30,582 nt of DNA from Anaerolineales bacterium (GTDB lineage Bacteria > Chloroflexota > Anaerolineae > Anaerolineales > UBA11858): positions 1-30,582 of the forward strand of contig WFTY01000175.1 in the NCBI GenBank assembly GCA_015485245.1, read 5' to 3'. Both the position numbers and the translations under genes were made by a program. The stretch's first letter is position 1, and every line of letters starts with the position of its first letter. Positions 27,000-30,582 of this stretch are shown one piece after another. The notes beneath the pieces were generated by a model. It did not search any database. It was given only the letters and a program-made list of their open reading frames with translations, and was not told the DNA's origin.

Positions 27000-28286
27000 A
27001 TGCCTGACCTGACCGCTACCCTGCTCCCCGACATTCAGAGCCACCGCCTCCCCGGGTTTGACCTGGGGGATGATTTCATCTACCCGCGCTACGAGGGTCA
27101 ATCCATCCTCAATATCCCCGCCAGCCTGTGCCACTGGCTGGACGCGCCGCCCATCGGAGTAAACGCCCCCCTGCGCCCCGAGATCCTTCTCTTCCCCCAG
27201 GGAAAAATCGAGCGCGTCGTCCTGATCCTGCTGGACGCCCTGGCGCTGCACCGCTTCCAGGAATGGGTGGCAGACGGTCTGGCCCCGGTGTGGAAGCAAC
27301 TGACCAACAACGGCCTGCTCGCCCCCTTGACCTCAATCACCCCCAGCACAACCAGCGCGGCCACCACCACCCTGTGGACAGGAGTCAGCCCGGCAACTCA
27401 TGGTATCGTCGGTTACGAAGTCTGGCTCAAGCAATATGGCGTGGTCGCTAACATGATCTTGCACAGCCCCATCACCTTTCGCGGCCATGTTGGCGATCTG
27501 GCCAAAGCCGGCTTCGACCCGGAAGAATACCTCACCACCCCCACCCTGGGCACCCATCTGCAAGCCCACGGCGTGAGCGCGCATGCCTTCATGCACCGCG
27601 GCATCGCCCGTTCCGGGCTTTCGCGTATGCACATGAACGCCGTAGACATCCACACCTTCAACACCCCCGCCGACCTGTGGATCAGCGTGCGGCAGTTGCT
27701 GGAAGCCAAGCCGCGCCGGCGGCTGTACACCTGGGTTTATTGGGGAGCGGTGGACGGGCTCTCCCACCACTACCAGCCCGACGACGAGCGCACCGCCGCC
27801 GAGTTCTCGCAATTCAGCGCCGCGTTCGAAAAATACTTTCTCAACCGCTTGCCAGCTGCAGAGCGCAAGCGCACGCTGGTGATCCTCACCGCTGATCACG
27901 GGCAAATCTACACACCGGATCAGCCCAAGTACCTGCTCACCCGCCATCCCAAACTCGATGACATGCTGCACATCCGCCCTACGGGCGAAAACCGACTGAT
28001 GTTCCTCTATCCGAAAGCAGGGCAATTGAGCGCCGTGCGCGCCTACATCGAGGCAACCTGGCCGGGGGATTTCGCCTGCTTCACTCCCGAGGAGGCATTG
28101 CAAAGCGAATTGTTCGGGCCGGGCCCCCATCATCGCGACCTGCGCAATCGTATGGGAGATCTGATTGTGGCGGCGCGCGGCGCGGCCTATTTGTGGTGGG
28201 GCGGGGAGGAAAATCCGCTGCGCGGGCGCCATGGCGGCCTGCATCCTCAAGAGATGCTCGTTCCCTTCCTGGGGGCGCAGCTTTAG
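27000..28286 (+). CDS. Alkaline-phosphatase-superfamily protein (type I phosphodiesterase/NPP family)
   Basis: Metal-ligand pattern LLDAL, PSTT (nucleophile Thr), VDGLSH, TADHG, RHGG; AAGGAG SD. Confidence 0.85.
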   Translation: MPDLTATLLPDIQSHRLPGFDLGDDFIYPRYEGQSILNIPASLCHWLDAPPIGVNAPLRPEILLFPQGKIERVVLILLDALALHRFQEWVADGLAPVWKQLTNNGLLAPLTSITPSTTSAATTTLWTGVSPATHGIVGYEVWLKQYGVVANMILHSPITFRGHVGDLAKAGFDPEEYLTTPTLGTHLQAHGVSAHAFMHRGIARSGLSRMHMNAVDIHTFNTPADLWISVRQLLEAKPRRRLYTWVYWGAVDGLSHHYQPDDERTAAEFSQFSAAFEKYFLNRLPAAERKRTLVILTADHGQIYTPDQPKYLLTRHPKLDDMLHIRPTGENRLMFLYPKAGQLSAVRAYIEATWPGDFACFTPEEALQSELFGPGPHHRDLRNRMGDLIVAARGAAYLWWGGEENPLRGRHGGLHPQEMLVPFLGAQL

Positions 28287-28320
28287 GGAACACAACCGGG
28301 AGATCGAAAAGGCACCGAAG

Positions 28321-29289
28321 CTAAAGCGTTAATTTCATCCACACCAGCGTGTGCTCCGGCTCGAACCCGGCGGCGCGCAGGGCCGGCGCGGCGCGACCAG
28401 CCGGGTAGTCCAGCGCCAGCGGGCGACGTAAACGCCCCTCGTCGCGGATGAACGGCAACGCGGCCTGCAAAACCAGTTCTTCCGTTTGCACAGGCGCGGC
28501 CAACCAGAGGCGGTCAGCGTAAGCGCCGGAGGGCTGCCAGCTTAACACGCCGAGCAGCCTGCCGCCCTCCTCCACCGCCCAGTGACGCACCGGCAACTCA
28601 ACAAAAAAACGATACAGCCGCCCCCATATTCCCGGGCGCATGGCAGCGATTTTCAGGGGAAAGTTCCAGCGCAACGCTGAGGGGTAATTCGCTTCCAGCC
28701 AGTGCGCCTGAGCGCGCCAGTGACGTTTCCATCGAGGCGTGACGCGCACCCCCCGAAGCCTCTCCCCCTTCAGTTGCGAGGCATGCGTCACCACCCAGGA
28801 AGTACGTCGCGTTTGCGGCTGGAACCCCACAGAGACGTACAGTGCAAACGCCGCCGGGTTGTCATCGCGCACGTGCAGCCACACTTCAGAAGCAAAGCGG
28901 CGGCGAGCCTTCTCCAGGGCAGTTTCGGTCAATTGACGGGCGATGCCGCGGCGACGATAATCGGGATGCACAGCCACATTGGCAATCAAATACAACGCCC
29001 GCCCACGATGCCACAAGGGGATCAGGCTCAGGTTGCCGACCAGGCGACCATCTTGCTCCCACACCAGCCCTCCCAAAGGGAAACCTGAGTGTAGCACCTG
29101 CCACTGCGTCGTCCGGCCGACCTTGGCGGCGTTGCGCATGCGCGCCAGATAACGACGGCCGTCGATGCTCAGGTTATCGACAAAGCACATCTCGATCAAA
29201 TCCGCAGCCGCTTCCAGATCACGGCGCGCGTCAAAGGGGCGGATGTGCTCCTGAGAAGAAGGTGACCAACGAGAGACAATGGTTGCCAT
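28321..29289 (-). CDS. GNAT family N-acetyltransferase (probably tandem fold)
   Basis: Acetyl-CoA motif NVAVHPDYRRRGIARQL and WLHVRDDNPAAFALYVSVGF; second half may be a degenerate GNAT. Confidence 0.85.
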   Translation of the reverse strand: MATIVSRWSPSSQEHIRPFDARRDLEAAADLIEMCFVDNLSIDGRRYLARMRNAAKVGRTTQWQVLHSGFPLGGLVWEQDGRLVGNLSLIPLWHRGRALYLIANVAVHPDYRRRGIARQLTETALEKARRRFASEVWLHVRDDNPAAFALYVSVGFQPQTRRTSWVVTHASQLKGERLRGVRVTPRWKRHWRAQAHWLEANYPSALRWNFPLKIAAMRPGIWGRLYRFFVELPVRHWAVEEGGRLLGVLSWQPSGAYADRLWLAAPVQTEELVLQAALPFIRDEGRLRRPLALDYPAGRAAPALRAAGFEPEHTLVWMKLTL

Positions 29290-29315
29290 AACAGCATCTC
29301 CGAAAGAACAGACTC

Positions 29316-29360
29316 ATTGTACCCCAACTTAACGCCGCATCCCTTGTTCTGGTGTACAAT
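29316..29360. promoter_or_regulatory. Back-to-back TACAAT -10 boxes for the divergent GNAT and DUF389 genes
   Basis: Minus-strand TACAAT at 29321-29316 and plus-strand TACAAT at 29355-29360; weak -35s. Confidence 0.5.
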
Positions 29361-29367
29361 AATTTCC

Positions 29368-30582
29368 GTGAACGAACCACCGATCATCCGTCCAACCAGC
29401 TGGCGCACGGCCATCCGCCACTTCTGGCGGCGACTGGCCCCACCCGTCAGCCAGGAGCGCCGCGGGGAAGTCCAGGTGCGCCTGCGAGAGGCCTCGCACC
29501 CCGATTTCAGCTTCTTTTTACTCGTCCTGCTCTCCAGCATAATCGCCACTCTCGGCCTGCTGATGGATTCGCCCGCCACGATCATCGGCGCCATGCTGGT
29601 TGCACCGTTGATGTCGCCGATCATCGGCCTGGGGTTGGGCTCGATCCGCGGCGACGACCGCCTGATTCGCGAGGCCGCCGCGGCGCTGCTGCGCGGCGCG
29701 GCGCTGTCCGTGATGATCGCTTTCCTCCTGGCGCTTGGCAACCGGTTGGTCCCCTTCCAGCCGTTGACTTCCAACGAACTCCCCGGCGAAGTGCTGGCGC
29801 GCACACGCCCCTCGCCGATGGATCTGGGCGTGGCCCTGGCCGGGGGCATGGCAGCGGCGTTCGCCCTGGCGATGCCCAACATCTCCGCCGCCCTACCGGG
29901 TGTGGCCATCGCCACCGCCTTGTTGCCACCGCTCTCCGTCGTCGGCATCGGGTTGGCATACCAACGCTGGGATGTGGCCGGCGGCTCGTTCCTGCTGTTC
30001 ATCACCAACGGCGTGGCGATCTCTTTCTCCGCCATGCTGGTGTTCTTCGCCCTCGGCTTCACCCCGCGCCTGCGCGAAAAAGTCGGGCGCGCCTTCGGCG
30101 TCCCGCGCAGCCTGGCTGTAATGTCCCTGGTGACCGTCTTTCTACTCGCCCCCTTGACGTTTTTCAGCATCCAGTTCGTCCGGGAGGCCAACGCCGCCCG
30201 CGCGCTGGCGGAGCGCAACGCCCAGATCGAAACCATCACCATCCAGGAAGTCGCCAGGTTTTACAACGCCGAAATCAGCAATTTGAAAATTTCCGACGAG
30301 GACAACCGCCTGGTATTGGAAATTGCGCTGCGCACGCCCAGGCTGCTCGACTACGACGATACCCTCCGGCTGCGCGATGCCATTGGCACGCGCCTGCGCA
30401 GCGAAGAAATCCTCAGCGCCGGGCAGGAGTTCCAGCTCTTTCTGGATCAAAACCAGGTCCAACGGTTGAACCCACAGGTTCCACCCACGGCGACCAACAC
30501 CCCCACCTTGACTCACACACCCACTATCGGCCCCAGCCCCACACCCACCGCCAGCCCAACCGCTACCTCTTCCGTGACCCCC
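29368..30582 (+). CDS. DUF389 membrane protein with C-terminal extension (partial; runs off window end)
   Basis: Not in the ORF track. Frame is open from GTG 29368 to the end; motifs IIGAMLVAPLMSPII, EVLARTRP..DLGVALAGG, ALPGVAIATALLPPL. Confidence 0.85.
   Translation, partial: MNEPPIIRPTSWRTAIRHFWRRLAPPVSQERRGEVQVRLREASHPDFSFFLLVLLSSIIATLGLLMDSPATIIGAMLVAPLMSPIIGLGLGSIRGDDRLIREAAAALLRGAALSVMIAFLLALGNRLVPFQPLTSNELPGEVLARTRPSPMDLGVALAGGMAAAFALAMPNISAALPGVAIATALLPPLSVVGIGLAYQRWDVAGGSFLLFITNGVAISFSAMLVFFALGFTPRLREKVGRAFGVPRSLAVMSLVTVFLLAPLTFFSIQFVREANAARALAERNAQIETITIQEVARFYNAEISNLKISDEDNRLVLEIALRTPRLLDYDDTLRLRDAIGTRLRSEEILSAGQEFQLFLDQNQVQRLNPQVPPTATNTPTLTHTPTIGPSPTPTASPTATSSVTP
30481..30582 (+). 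repeat. Pro/Thr-rich low-complexity coding linker
   Basis: PPTATNTPTLTHTPTIGPSPTPTASPTATSSVT in frame with DUF389. Confidence 0.8.

Overview
High-GC bacterial chromosomal window with no transposase, integrase, CRISPR array or rRNA. The lineage is probably Chloroflexota/Anaerolineae, inferred from the BTAD-ATPase-TPR regulator, the Pro/Thr- and Ala/Glu/Pro-rich envelope-protein linkers and the divergent EF-Tu and L22. Left third (minus strand): PIN/TRAM-cysS-rlmB, then tRNA-Thr/Tyr/Thr-tuf running directly into the S10 operon (rpsJ, rplCDWB, rpsS, rplV, rpsC, partial rplP). A divergent tRNA-Phe/Gly/Cys cluster follows. Middle: a ~1120-aa SARP/BTAD-ATPase-TPR regulator, then a branched-chain-type ABC operon with an embedded long-chain acyl-CoA ligase, converging on an rnhA/acyl-CoA dehydrogenase pair. 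Right: a carbohydrate-type ABC locus with no ATPase and one permease carrying a ~230-aa membrane insert, an alkaline-phosphatase/NPP-family enzyme, a GNAT and a partial DUF389 gene. The most unusual signals are non-coding: three 7- or 8-bp-periodic inverted-repeat arrays in spacers of translation operons, a 269-bp structured rpsJ-rplC spacer with its own extended -10 box, and orphan Shine-Dalgarno/hairpin modules around both solute-binding-protein genes. All structure, promoter and codon calls were made by hand and need computational confirmation.
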